From the NCBI GenBank assembly GCA_040954595.2, contig CM082585.2, forward strand, positions 6,907,808-6,971,807: a stretch of DNA of 64,000 bases, in the 5' to 3' direction. The notes under the pieces are model-generated. The model was not told where the DNA came from. It saw nothing but the letters and a program-made list of their open reading frames with translations, and did not search any database. Made by a program: the position numbers and the translations under genes. This document shows, in pieces, positions 1 through 14,380 of the stretch; positions within the stretch are counted from its first letter, which is position 1, and every line of letters starts with the position of its first letter. The DNA is from Balanoglossus misakiensis (taxonomy: Eukaryota; Animalia; Hemichordata).

Positions 1-939
1 TTAAAGTTGCAAAATACCTGCTCACTATATTTTTTGCTGCCTGTACAATTGTCTACACCGTTGAACAAATTCATTCAAAGTAATTGTGATACAACCCTGG
101 CTTCATTTCAAGCACAGAACTTTTCAAATCCATGATACACATATTTCACCATTGTATTCAGAGTTATTTTTCTCTTCCCACAGATTTGAAATAGTTCAAT
201 TTTGCAAATAGGTGTTCATCATTTTTTGGGGTGTACATGGTTACCAGTTATTAAAAATATACAGTGGACAGTATAAAGTGGTCTGTGGTGTTTGTTTGGC
301 TCTATTCATGGTCAGTGACTCGGTGCTTTAATCAAATGCAGTTGATTTTGGCTTTGTGTGACAATTATCACTGCATGATTTACACATGGTACTATGTTCT
401 GGGATACCTTGGGAGAATACACAATGTAATATAGGTACCTAATCATTAAACTGCTGATTGCCGAAACAGTTGATGATAATGAGTATCAGGTTTGTGTGCA
501 TGGCAACGTATTATACTGCCCTCTGGCGTTGACATCGTGAGATATGCCGAAACATCTGTCCTGTGAAGAAGAAGAAAAGTAGTTTTCATGAATATTGAAC
601 GAAATACCCATGCAAACCTCACAAATTATTGGAAATGTATACATTGACTGGTATCTGGTGCATCGTGCAGATTCTCCTAAGACTGTCACATGTTAGCTGC
701 TGTACATGCAGGGCTACAACAGGAGAATACAAACACCAGAGACCAAGCAAAGGCAAACTAGTACGCCACCCCAAACCTCCACCCAAAATCTAATTGTTCT
801 ACCAGGGTTCTTCCTCAAACTTGCACAAGATTTTGCTAGAAAATGCGTGTAGCGGGTGTGGCTTAACTTCAGTATCCAACCAACCCCTCCCCATGTGGAG
901 CAGCACATTTTTCTTGCAGACGATAGATGACTCGAAAGA

Positions 940-1781
940 AGGTCGATGAAATACACGAAAAATACGCGAAAGTTGACCGTCGCGCAAGGAATTACATCCT
1001 ATTTTCTAACCCTCTGATATGACGGGATGCCTGCCACGCGCCCATGTTCATTTCACAACAATAATGTGATTCATTTCACAAGCAAAATGTTACAATGTTT
1101 CAAATTATATATGAACCAGCGCACGTCACACGCACGTAACTTTTTTTTCGCAATTGTTTCTAGCGGAGACCATCCCCGTACCTAAACGCCTACAGTTAGT
1201 CCTCCTAATAGATCATACAGGAAATTGCTGGCGGTTCTGTGATTTTTTGTGTTAATTTGTAAATGAAAATATTTTTGTGTGTCACTAGGATAACAAAAAA
1301 CACCCGCAAAAGACACAGGGTCGCCATAAAATGCCAGTAGGGCAGACCTACACTGACCGTACGATTGTACTGTGTACTCTCGTACACGGTGGAATCCCAC
1401 AGGGGGTGTACGCGAGGACTGGAACAGCAAACCTATCGTTCACAAGTGTAGTGGAACGACGTGGTCGCACACATGCACATCCCACCCACCCCGTCAAGGA
1501 AGCGTTTATTGCTGCGGTAAAAACGTTGTGCCGGTAACACTTGAGTGAATTAATCTGGAGAAAAGCACAATTGCGATTAGCTGCCTGGATGACTACGTCA
1601 AGAAATGACCAATGTTGAGGAGGGTATCCCGAACGCGCGTCTACTACGACGGCCAGAAATGTGTGTAAGCTAAAACAAGCGCTGGTCGTATATATTTTGG
1701 AGTGTGCGTAAACTTTGTTGTGCCGAAGCTGAACTGAAGAAAAACTTTGCTGCATCCTCGGTTTTTACTCCGTCTGGAATT
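940..1781. promoter_or_regulatory. CpG-rich promoter / 5' region of the PRKX-like gene
   Basis: Visibly CpG-dense relative to the CpG-poor introns, directly upstream of the ATG at 1782. Tandem CACGT elements near 1121-1140. Boundaries approximate; TSS not determinable. Confidence 0.55.
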
Positions 1782-1923
1782 ATGGCAGCGTCGAGAATTG
1801 CGAGGGGGAAGTCTGCCAAACGGAATCAAAATAAACTCAAGGAATTGCCTCCCCCAGAACCTCCAGTTGAGGATGGGGAACGGGAATACAAACTGGACGA
1901 TTTGGATATACACTGCACGATAG
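1782..1923 (+). CDS. PRKX: cAMP-dependent protein kinase catalytic subunit PRKX/Pka-C3-like, coding exon 1
   Basis: ATG at 1782 encodes MAASRIARGKSAKRNQNKLKELPPPEPPVEDGEREYKLDDLDIHCTI-G and ends at a perfect donor AG|GTAAGT (1924). 142 nt, phase 1. Joins exon 2 in frame to rebuild the glycine-rich loop IGTGTFG. Confidence 0.9.
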
Positions 1924-2861
1924 GTAAGTGCCGTGTGTTGGTTTTGTGGCCAGTGGGGTCAATTGCGGTCAGGTCACTTTGGTTGAAATTTTCCCCCGTA
2001 TATCCACGTAGGAGGTATGCAGTACAATGTAGCCTAGAATTTGTCTTTTATGTGTAAACGGGTAGACTGAATGTAAACAGAAACTCCCCTAACAACAAGT
2101 CGTCTTTAGTGGGATGGCATGTTTGGTTTTCGGATCTTCACAGAGCAAATGCTGCCTGCTAAGAAACCCCAAGACCATCCATGCCAAAACGGACTACAGT
2201 GTTGAGAACATTTGACAAATCTGCTTAGTATTGACAGACGCCGGAGAAATACTATGTACTATCACTCACAAACTTGTTTGAGATAAAAGACTTGACAACT
2301 TTGCAACCACTTAAATAACAATGATATACTAAAGAGTGTTAAAGTCACGGTCACATACGATACATGAAATTGACACGACCCATAACCAAAACTGACTTTC
2401 TCGTGTTCATTTCTCATTGACGATTCACTCCTTTATGCGCTTTTTTGTCCGATAATCGATCTTGTAACACCCCCATCCCTTTCCTCACGAAACAATAGTT
2501 ATAAAAGAGTACTCTAAAATAAAGAACCTCGAGACAATGGCAGTTCTGTTCGCAAATAAGGCGATTTTGACTAGTTAAATGGATGAACTTGAGGACAAAT
2601 GGTCACGGTATATATTGGATTGTCGCGGGACTTAACGCTAGACAAAAGGCAAGGATGCCTTATCGAGCGGTTTTTGAGCCGATGCGATGCGCGGAAAGTG
2701 AAAAATTCAAGGGAACTCGAAAGGTAAACAAGTACACAAGGCAAAAACCCTAAAGCAATGAAAAAAGCACGAATGTCCAACACTTTCGGGTGGTTAAAAC
2801 TTCCTAGAACAAACATACCACTACATTGTACGAATGAGCGCGTCCTTTCGTTTTTTTTGCC

Positions 2862-2878
2862 GGGGGGGGGGGGGGGGG
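2862..2878 (+). repeat. Poly-G tract (17 G)
   Basis: Read directly; shorter G/C runs at 3977-3987, 46327-46338 and ~48186-48196. Confidence 0.85.
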
Positions 2879-3811
2879 TAAAGTTCGGAAACTCGCCTCC
2901 TGTGGAGACCATCTCAAATTTCACCAAATTGTACAACATTCTAACACGAAGTTCAAAAGTTCATTGACTCTTGGCCTGTAGGCTGTCATTTTACAGCTAT
3001 ATTTAAAGTCTGTGTGGCACTGATCTGTTTTAAATTATCTACAAAAATTGTAAAGCCAATTATTTTTAAGTAGCAGGATCATTCTGATTATATGTAAAAG
3101 ATCAAGCCAACTATACACCTGATTAATTTTAATCAGAGTGGATTTAAAGTATTATTTTCTGTGAAGATATTTGTACAAAATAATTGGATTTTTTTAGTAT
3201 TTATATCTCTTTTGATAAATGATAGTGCTAGCTAACACTGGGCCAATCCATTGTTTGCCCAGTGTCAGCAAACTGGAAAATAGTGGTTGATGGTGTCAAA
3301 TAACATGCTATCAGATACAAGAGCAATTATTCACTAAAAATACGGTGTATATTATTTCCAGTGATAGATCCAGTCATAGCAATTGTGGTCAAGTTATGTG
3401 CCCTCTCAGTTAGCGCTGTCACTGTGAACCAAATACGATATTAAGATATTAACGCTTGCGAAGCTAGTAAGTACATCTCGGAAATTTAATCATCCAATAC
3501 CTTTCGTTCATGCTGACACTAAATTCATTTTGGCATTTCTGGAATTTGTTGTGTTTAAAATAACAGGAGGGTAATGCTGAAAATGTTCTTTCAAGATGTG
3601 GACAGTTAGAGCTTTTGCTTTTGTTTTAAAGTTGTACTGTCTTCAAATTATACATTATATGTATTAAGAAATTTTCATTTCTTTTGAGGGTGTAGTGTAA
3701 TCAATTGAACTATGGAACTTTTCTCTTTGTACTTGTATAGCTGTTGAGATGCTGACTGACAATTTTATTGTTAGCCCAGTGTAGGCTTTATTGGTAAAGA
3801 ATACTTACATA

Positions 3812-3946
3812 CTGTAAAACGGGAATTTTTTCAAAAGAGGCAACTGTTACATGACGATTAATTTTCACATCTCTTATTTCACTGCATCGTTGGCTCTTGC
3901 GTAGTTCGCGGAAATTTATCGTTCGCGAAAATTTCCCGTTTTACAG
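3812..3946. mobile_element. Tc1/mariner-type MITE (135 bp, TA target duplication)
   Basis: TA|CTGTAAAACGGGAATTTTT ... AAAATTTCCCGTTTTACAG|TA terminal inverted repeats. Internal TCTCTTATTTCA..CTGCATCGTT shared with the copy at 28490. Confidence 0.8.
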
Positions 3947-6179
3947 TACTTACCCTGCATTTCATAATAACTGAAAGGGGGGGGGGGAGATTTATCTTTT
4001 GGTTAGTGTAGAAGGATGCTTAGCATGTTGAAAATGCTTATAGTATCGATAATTAGAACTGAGTTTCCGGCTGGGTTAGCACTGGGCTAACCCATGGCTA
4101 GCACAGGTTAGCCTATTTAGCACCTCATTGAATGATACTTGTCATTATCATTCAAATATACAAACAGTTGCATATTTTAAATCGGGTATATACAATAGAC
4201 ACTAAAACAAGCTGTACTGCAATAACAATGGTGCATAGGCCATCAGGTTATCAATATGCTTGAAGCCAGTCACAATATTGTTGCAGAATATTGACGAAAC
4301 TCAGACCTTTTGTATTGTCTTCACTGGATTACCCCAGCAATAGCCAATGTGCTCTGATCTGCAAAGAGCACAAGTTTTTAAGTGACCTCTGCACATGCTC
4401 CCCGACCTTTGAACCCTTCTCGAGAGTATCCTCATTCCAGACATTCAAAAAATTTGCTGGGTTTTAGGAATGTGACCTGTGCAATTATTTACCAGGGACA
4501 GAGTGATTTGGCTGCAATTATTCCACCAAACTGGGCAATTTATCTTTTTAAATGGAGTAAATTCTCTTTATGGCTATCATTGATTATTGTTTCTCTTGAT
4601 GATAGGATAAAGTTGTGTTATTATACATTTGAAGTCAAGTTGTGCTTTAATGCTTGAATTTTGCTAAGATGCAACTGATCCACAAACAGTTTACACCTCA
4701 GCCCCCATTTCAATCAAATATGTACACAGATCAGATCTAATCCTGTGTGTGGACACATTGCCTGGACACAGACCATAATCCCTAGAGGGGGAAGGGTCAC
4801 AGTTGCACTGCATCTAATCCTTTGCTTCTAATTAACACTGACAAGCTACAGACATCTAATGTAATGTTACTACATAAATCCCCAGGGCGTTTGTATTTGC
4901 CCCTTTATTTTAGCCGCAGCCAGGACCAAGACAATTAGGTCTGTGAACAAGATCTTTGTTTGCCTGTAATGAAAACAAGGCAGGAATTTGTATTCAGCCA
5001 TTATTTGACTCCTGGTCTAAGATCTGCCCACAGTGTATGCAAAACTGTGGTGTTTGGTAAATACAGCTTTCTATAAATACAGGTGTGTGTAAATATCCGG
5101 ATCTATAAATATACTGCTAGGTAAATACATTACTGTGTTGTGAGTAGTGGTTATATGTATTTACTTGTCTACTACTTGTTTTGATAAAAACATGCCAGGC
5201 AAATACTAGTGTTTATAGACTGGTTAGCATCAGTGAGTAGTGGTTGCCATAGATACTGCGGGATGGGGAAATGTGTCACATACACTGTGTTCCTTCAATG
5301 TATAACCATATGGCCCAACAAAAGAACGTTCTGCTATATATATGAGATATATGGGCTATATTTTTCTGGTAGCTAAGCTGGATCAGAATTTCTGCAATCC
5401 ATGAGCTGAGATACGTTGGCTATAATTGTGGCTTTTCTCTGCTTTCCAGATGGTTCACGAGGTTAAAATGTACGAGCAGGGCCATTGCTTATAGAGTGTG
5501 TGACTGCATGATCCCAATTGAGGTGTAACCGGTACTTGCTGGTAGTCAAAACTGGGTGTGGATATACATATGTGGCTTATCAGATCAGATTAGAGTCATT
5601 TCTTCTGAAGTGGAAGATACTAACAAATGTACAAGATAGCAACAGTGACATTATTGGACTAGTACGACCTCGCGAAATACATTCATGGTCACACAATACT
5701 CTGGAATGAGACTTTATATAGAGGTACATGTATCAGTAAGCTTTGCTTGGGAGCAAATTACTGGCCAGTTCTTGGACTACATTTACATTGAGACATTTTG
5801 GAAATTGCTAAGATGCATGTTAATGTCTATTCTACATGATACATGATAATAGATCAAACAAGGCCAGGCGCCAATATGCTGATTACCGGGTAGAGTGAGA
5901 CATATTGAAAATGGTCGTCACAGATAATTGAACCCGCTCATGTAATATCCTTATGCACTTTTTTTCGCTTGGCCAGTCAAGTGAAAATCTACGATTGGCT
6001 AGATCTCCACTTTCCATGGTAACCATGGCTAAATTTAGATAGATGACCATAAACATGTAAATAACTGCATGAATCAGAGTGGTGGCCCTATTTTTTTCTA
6101 CACAGGTTTCATAACAGTTTAAACGGCAGGCGTACATTTCGGTTATTTTGTAAAAAGAGAACTAGGCTCTAATCAGCCA

Positions 6180-6306
6180 ATAAATTGATTTATGGTTTGA
6201 GTTATCAATCAATAAATCAATGAATTAATTGATTGAATGATCAACTGATTGATCAGTCACTTGATCAATCAATTTATTTATCTGTCAGTCTAATAATCAA
6301 TCAATT
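6180..6306. repeat. Degenerate mixed (AATC)n/(GATT)n microsatellite
   Basis: Repeated TCAA and TTGA tetramers in both orientations. Confidence 0.6.
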
Positions 6307-9300
6307 TCTTTAGACAGTAACCAGCATTCCACACGGAACCAAACAATCATTTTTGCAAAATCGTACCAAACACTGCACAGTAGGTTATCAATCAATCAAT
6401 TTATTTCTGATACCCTCTGCCTTTAAATAAAGATATCAGATCAACAACCCATACGCAGGACATGTGCACTGTACTTTTATGAAGTTCTGCTCTGGTAGTC
6501 ATCTAGGTGATATTTTATGACCTTTGACCCAGAACACTTCACTATAAATTACCTGGTATAATGTGAGGCTGGTATCTGATTCTAATAAAAGCAGCAGAGA
6601 ACCTGTATTCTCTACAGCCCTGGCGCGCTCAAATGACTGGTTTTTATTGAGCCATTTGTAGAATTTTATTCCTATTTTAAGCTGAAATTGCTGTCTGTAT
6701 TGTTTGGTTTATTTTTGTTTGGTGTGCATATATGGTGTGTTTATATGTTGTTTTTCTCATAATAACGCTGTTATTGACATCAGCTAAACTATTTAAACTT
6801 TTTATGGACCAGTTTCATGGTAAAGTAAAACTTAACTGAAACCAGAACTACTTTCATATGATACACTTTTATCCAGGTTGCATAATCAAATTGATGTATT
6901 CCGATGAACTCAGTCCATGCACCCCTGATTGAAGATGAATTTTTAAGGAAAATGACACAAAGAAGTTGCAAGTGCAATGATTTTTACTTTGAACAGAATA
7001 TATAGTGACTCTCTGGAAAAGTGGCACATTATATAACTATAACTGCCTGAATATAGAACTTTGTGAGCGCTTTGTGGCAGGAAACCTCACGTCCTGTCTC
7101 AGGTGATCAATCACTCATGAGTGATCACAGGCACTTCTGCTCATATTTCATATTATTCAGGCTTCATAGTTTTTTCTTTCGATAATATAAAATTTATCAC
7201 CACATAGGGTATTCTGGTTGTATATCAATCTCAACTGGTTCACTGTATTCACTGAATATTTTTGATCAGAATTATACTTATTTGCATATGTGTAATTACG
7301 TAAACTAGCAGTTGTCTAAAATTCAAAATTGTTTTCAGAAATTTGCACACACAATAATATACTTCAATGTTATCAATAAAATATTTTAATGACAAGTTGA
7401 AAATTCCTAAAATGCCTGAGTTCAAATACTATCATAGATCTTCGTGAGAGTGCATAAGGAAATCAGATTACTTTTTTTTACGACTTGTTTTTTATTCAAG
7501 TAAAACAAATATTGGCGCCAACATGGAATGAGAATTTTCAATTCGCAATTTGCCTTACATTGAATCATTGTTTGATATTGTTTGTTGGTAATAAAACATG
7601 GTCTGCCGAGAGCTCATAAAATCTATTCAATTGCAAACTAGCTTTTAGTGACTGATTGCGGTTCGTTATACACGTAATTCATATCGCGCAATCATTGAAA
7701 AATCACTGAAAATGTTTTATTGTATGTGAACTATTTGCAGAATGGAGGAATGTCTGCTCGTAAACTGTTACGATTTCATTCACTGCGTTTGTCCCTTTGG
7801 CTCCGGGGTCAATGATTGCACATCCGTGGTGGAAAGTATGTGACGAGCATGTGCTACTTTTGCTGTACAATGCGGCGCATGTACTCTACCAGTGGGTTCG
7901 CCATTGTCTAAGAACCTTACTGCTGAATAAACCGTCGCACGCACAGTGTTCAACGGAAAATAAACATGGGATTAATAAGAGTACATGATAAAGATGGGAT
8001 TAATAATACATGATATCGGTACAAACAAATACACGTGGGGAAACGTGTATAGGATTATATGCATATGTTTCTATGCCCGTTTTTTCACACACGGTTTCGT
8101 TTCTACCGTGGTCCTTTACCTCAGACTTCACCAGTTTTACAACCATGTTCAGATTCAGTGAGAGTGTTTTAGTAACAAGATGTTTTTCAAGAGACTGATC
8201 TAATTGCCTGTTTGTCATGCATGGCTTGAAGTGTCTGTTGTCCTTGACGTTTTCCACAGCAATTACTTAAAGCCCCATGAGCTGGCAGTAGTGTGAAGAT
8301 AAGGTTTTCAAATTGAAATTAAGCTGGTCATGAATTTTTATTTCGCTTATCTCCGACTGCGTAATTTTCTGTAAAGTTATAGAATTCTATACAGGTTTTA
8401 TTAGTTCCACATATTCGGTGACTAAAAAAGTAAGTTTCTAAGTACAATGTAAGTCTTTTCTCTACTCCAAACTTCTTGAGACGATAAGATAAAAATCACC
8501 TAAGAAATCTATATCTTGAGATTTGAGTTCCCTTTATTGCATGGTAAATCCTTAGAGAAGTGTGAAAAGTCTAAGACTTATAGAGTTTTATGAATCCATC
8601 TAGGCTTCAATGCATTTCTAAAGACCTGTTCCTTGAGTGTCGGTCTGTTTCAATTCAAGATTGACACAGTTATTTGGTGCGTGGCTACTGGCAAATGTCC
8701 AGCTCGTAACACCTGTGAATGATGCAATGTTCACATGAATGGACCTATTAAGTTGAACTAGAAGGATCACAGGCTAGTCTTGTGTGATAAACTGGTTGTA
8801 ACGTTTTATGACTATTGGCTTGCGATTGAGTATGGGGGTCCATAAAGTTTAAGAATGGCACTACCAAGCACTTTGTTCTATGATACGTACAGTTTTATAC
8901 CTGAGAAAATGTTTGAGGAAGTGCGATCCTTGATTATTCCATCATGCAGTAACGTTATGTGTCTCAAGGTTTCTCATTTGTTCATCAGTATGATACTTAT
9001 CTACATTAAAAACTATATGCATATGTGTATGATGTAAAAAACGCCTGAACCACATTCGAAAGTAACTGAGAAAACTTTTTTTACACAAGTGCTCTGTTTA
9101 TAGAATGTCGTTAAACAGTTTTCTATGTGAAGGGGATTTGGAAAGATGTTCAGTTCAGTTGAGATAGGTTTTACTGTGTACCGATATGGAAACAATCTCT
9201 AAAGGGCCAATATGCTCCTTGTCAGTCACATTTCATTATCATCATTGCTCGGAACGATCACCCAGTGTGTCATGATGGAAGACAGCTGTTGATTGGTTCA

Positions 9301-12300
9301 ATTTCAGTCTGTTCCACTCGAGTGAACCAATTGCAGGAGTTGTGGCTGGGATGACAATGGACACTGATTGTGTGTACATGACACTGTTCTGATGGCTTGT
9401 CAGTGTTAATAAAAAAATAAAATGGGGGCTTTCATGGTCCGTTTTATGGAAGGTCAGACTGACCTTGAACTGGGCTGTCACGTTAAAAGGCACTGTAATG
9501 TCCAATCGACCTTGCATAACATGAACAATTTGGGATCAATACCAGTACAGGGCTAATCTATTTTAATGACGTACCTCCAGGATTATCTCATGACAATTGA
9601 TCTGTGTGTGTAATCTACCGGTACAGTAGCTGACCTGTCGAATTTCCCCTGGAGCTTTTCTACCATGGGGGTCAGTGTGCCCTCTAACAAGCAGGATTTG
9701 ATAAATTTCTTTGGTTTAATATGTCAGCATATCTGTACATTCAATATGTATAATTCTTCTTGCATCACCAGAGAGATTGTTGAATCAGTGGTGTCTTATC
9801 TTATTTGGCTTTCTGGTGACTGTTTTGACTATGGTGACTTGATCATATTTGTTCCTTGCTTTCATGTATTGTCGCCACGGTAATCATCAGCACAGTGTAA
9901 CCGGTAGCTGTGATGATGTTGCCATGGCAGCGCTCTGTTTTGTTGAACCGAACAACACATCCACCTTGCCTCTCTTAACTTCATTCATGAGTGCATCAGC
10001 TAGACTTCCATTCAACTTAACCGGTAATGAATGGAACATGACATAGTCCAGTGCCGTTGCCTGCATTTTGTAATAAACCTGTCTGTCTTGGCGTGTTCCA
10101 AGCAAGCTGTGTGTCCACTTTTGCTGTGCTGTGATTAACACAATCTTAGGCAAGTCACAGCTTTAACCTCTGAGCAAGCGTAATCAACTTTGCTAGTTAA
10201 ACCTCTACAACGTTAAGTTTACTGCAACACTATGTGCAATAAATCGTGTTGCATTCTCCAAGATCATTTGAAATGCAATTTTTTGAAAGGTTTTAATTTT
10301 TCATGGGAGATTAAACCTCTAAAATAAACAGGTATGAAGTTGTCTCTTTTGCTGAACACATGTCATCAGAAAATTTCGTGTTGGAATGTAGTCACAAAAA
10401 TTGCGTATTTGTTTTAGGTATGAATTCATCTGAAACCGAATACACACAAAAAGACGAAAAACCCTCATTATAGAATTGCTACCATATGTCGGAGAAACAG
10501 AACACCGTAGTTCATTTGCCCCGATGTGCATTGGGTCATTCCATGTCTGTCCAGAACTCTGAAATAGAGACTGCTATTATCACATTATGAATCCCACTGG
10601 TGAATGGGGAATGTTCATGCAAGGCATACCGCGTCGCTTTTAAGTGAACTGCACCGATAAAATACTGTCTGTCCATGATAAATGGCTAAATTAATTCTCT
10701 GAGTCAGTATCCCCCAAGCCAGAGCTTCAGTGTAATGGATTTTAACAGTTCCTGTGTTTCAGACATGCCAATAACAAGGTATATGGTCTGGCAAAACCAA
10801 GTCGTGGAATTTTAATCGGATCTTGGATAGCCTTGGAATTTTAACTAGTGCTGGAAAAGTTCTGGAAAACTGTTCCAAGCAATTTTCTGTCTGTGGTCGG
10901 GCAAAGTTGTCCACAGCATTTGTGTAATATCAAAATATACAAAATAATAATTCAGAACATCATATCTTAAATTTTACTTTAGTTGATTCAAAGTATCCTG
11001 TATAAAGAAGTGTATAATTTTAGTAACTTTGTGTTTGGTTGTTATGGAGACGCTTACAGCAAAGTTTCTTTTGGATCTGATGCAAACGTAAATTTGTCAA
11101 ATATGGACTACAGTACAGATGTCAGTTTATTATACATGGCTGTGTTCCCCCTCAGACTTACGCATTTTCCATGGTTGGTAACACAGATACGAGAATGCAT
11201 TTGCGTGTGAGCTGCCTCTCTGGCATATCAATAAGATACATTCTTGAATTACATCCAGATCGTTCCTTTTAATCGCGAGAAATCGGATTTCAAATAACCA
11301 TCCGTGTATCTATTGATTTTCTGTCAGTATTTTTATGGTTTAGGATTTCTGGAAGTCTTCTGAAATGAAGCACAAATTTGAGAAAATTAGCTGTCTGCAG
11401 TCTTCTCTATGCTTCTCTGTTCTCCCCTCAAGCTGTCCCTAATCTGCTTCTGAATCTCTCAAGTCCTGAGTGTCTCCAGGTACCACCTTACAGAAAAGTT
11501 GTCCTATTTCCCCCCATAACACAAGTGCATTTAAAGTACTGTGTGCTTCGAAAATCCATGCTGCTGTAGTATTCTTGTACAGCATTTGTATTGGCAAGAA
11601 TAATGATGTAAATGAAACAATACCGTATTACAACAACAATAGCATTAATCCAGTAGGCACTTTCAGTTTATGATAAACAACAACATTTCTTTGTTTGTTT
11701 GTACCCCAATTATTTTGCCGATTGGCCCAAGCGAGAAAACACAGGGAGCTCAGATCTCCTGACTAAAAAGAAAAGTCTTTTGTTAATTTGGAGGTTGAGA
11801 GTTTAACACAATCATCCGTAACCACAATATACATGTAGGTCAGAGTGGCATTGGCCCGACTCAGTAAAACATGATAATTGGGGATCCCACACAGTAGATC
11901 AAGTGTTGACAGAATAATGGTCATCTCTTAGCCGATCAACTGTTGACAGAATACTCTACATATATCAGTTGAATTTATTGTTGTTTGGTCGTGTTCTCTC
12001 ATAGTACAATGTACGTACATTGTAACCACTCTGTACATTATGTGAGCTGTTGTTGCCCCAGGATTCGATGTTGTGATTGTTGGGTTCCATGTTGTCCTTA
12101 CCCCAGGGGGTGTGATGCATAGTGTACACGACCTCGGCGACCTTGGTGACCTCGGACACGGTATCCATAAACAGAATTTGTGATGTAGTTTGGCATCTCA
12201 GCCACCCAGTTGGTTTGGGGGCGTATTGTGTGGACTGAAATCCTGAAAAGATGTTTGATGGCAACATTTAGAAGCATCCGGTCCATTGTTGAGGCTTTGA

Positions 12301-14344
12301 TAAAGGGGAATCAATGTGGAAATGGTCAATATATGTGGCAAAAGTGTTAATTGCCCTGGTTAGTAAGGGGTAAATATGACACTGGTGTTCATGTGATATC
12401 CGAAAGTGTCATTTTGGTAAAGACAAAAATTAGTTGCTACTACTTCGGACGACTTTCTATTTGCTGAAAAATCTGTTCCAAAGGGGGCCATCAAAATTAG
12501 AAGTTCAACACATGCATATTTAAGTTATGAAAAATGACAACAAAAGTTGTAGCATTTAGAGATATTGGGGCTTTAATGGTCATTTCAAATACATTAATCT
12601 CTATAAATACAGTAGAGTAACACCCTGGTAACTTAAATGTTCAATAAAGAACACTCAAAAAACAAATTATAGTTTCAAAATCTATTGTGTTTTATTTTAT
12701 CCACATTACAATTCAGAATAAGAATTTCTTCAGTAATTACAGTGTTGTGAAAAATCTGTACACAAGGTCAGACACTGTGGTCACTGGCCTGCTTGTTATT
12801 GAATCTTATTTATGTGGATCGACAATGCCCAATGGAAAGCACTAAGCATGATCTGACAATACAAGTTGTGCATACTTTACTCTCTCATATACCTGTCACT
12901 GGCTTCTTAATAAATGTTTGGCTATACTATATAGACTCATACTGCAACATTCTGGAAACAAGCACAGTACTGTCCATGTACGTTTCATGGAAGGATGTCA
13001 TCTGGCTTATATACATGTCACCTCATTCACATTCCGTAAAAGTTCTCAGGGTCGCCATTAAAAATGTTCGGTGTGAACTAGACTTCATGTTTGCAATGAT
13101 CTCCATGTAGCGTAATCTGTTCAAGCCGTGTTATTCCAGTGATACAGATGATGATAGCCGTCAGTCTTCTATAATCCGTTACACTGTCAGATGAGAAAGT
13201 ATTAACTCTTTGCGTGTGGCGCCGGCTCTGTTAATTGCCAAATCAATCAGATTCAGATCAACAGAAAAGAAAGACATAATATGGAGGTTCTTTATTTAAG
13301 CAAAGAAAAAATGGACATGCAGCTGCATCTCTTAGCTGTTTTTCTCTGTTGATGTCCAAATTTGCTTGAAGTACCTGTATACGTGTATTAATGCCGCCCC
13401 AAGATATTAATATTTCTTCACTCAAGTCTACCCACACATTTTTCATACTGGGTTTAAAACGCATGCACACACACCTCAGTTCAATACATGTATCTTTGAA
13501 CCAAAATCATGACAATCAGGTTAAAAGAAGGTGTTTGAATCTCTTGCACTTACTCTGCAGTGGCACTAAGATGTAACATATTGTCACTGTTGGTATTGCA
13601 TTGGATGTTTGTTACATGCTGCCATTATTGCATTACCCTATGGTACTATTTGAATGCAAAGTGACATTAAAGCATCTTCGTGTTGTGTGTGTACGACTGT
13701 TTAACCTGGTCGTTCATCATCACCATTTAATGCTTTCACATGTCACCCAGTTTTATCCTGTAAAAGGAAATAGTGAAAAAGCCCCCAAATCAAAGCAGAC
13801 GTATGCAATTAAACTGAGCACTTTTGGAGCCGTAATAAGCTCAGCCTTTTATCCTGATCTAAAGTACCTGTCGACTGCTTCTTTGGACGTGCTTAGTGGG
13901 CCATAACTCAATTGCCATACAGCCGGCCGTTTAGTGATCACTTGGGGGGCTATTCAATGAAAGCTGGGTTTATCTCGGGGTTAGGGAGATAGTAAAGTCC
14001 ACAATATAATGCAAAGCTCTACTAAGCACTTCAAAGATCCACCGGGGTGGTAAAAAGTGTCTGTAGGTTGCTTGGATGTCAGGAATGCAGTGCGTTAAAT
14101 GTGTGCGAATGCTGTGGTCGATTCGACTGAGTGTGTGTGTGAACCAAGTATATTCTGTGACTCTACAGATTTCTGAAAATTGTTCTAAACATTAAATACC
14201 TACAACTTTTGTTGGACCAAAGGGAACAGAGAAATCAGACTGATCCAGGTGTAGATGTTTATTGTTGTTGTCATGTAATAAAATTGAAGAACCCAACCAA
14301 TTTCTTACTGCTTCAGTCACATTGTTGACAATTGTACGGTAAAC

Positions 14345-14380
14345 CATGCATGCATCCATCCATCCATCCATCCATCCATG
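14345..14380 (+). repeat. (CATG)2(CATC)6(CATG) microsatellite
   Basis: Read directly. Confidence 0.9.

Noticed and set aside
1704-2057. 117-aa ORF in the track
   Set aside because: Only 1782-1923 is coding; the rest is upstream sequence and read-through past the GTAAGT donor.
3231-3269. Hairpin GCTAACACTGGGC...GCCCAGTGTCAGC as possible miRNA/ncRNA
   Set aside because: 13-bp stem is too short for a pre-miRNA; resembles the 10-bp GCTAAC/GCTAGC repeat relic at ~4070-4122.
11897-11953. 20-bp direct repeat GATCAA(G/C)TGTTGACAGAATA, 37 bp apart
   Set aside because: Only two copies; simple local duplication.
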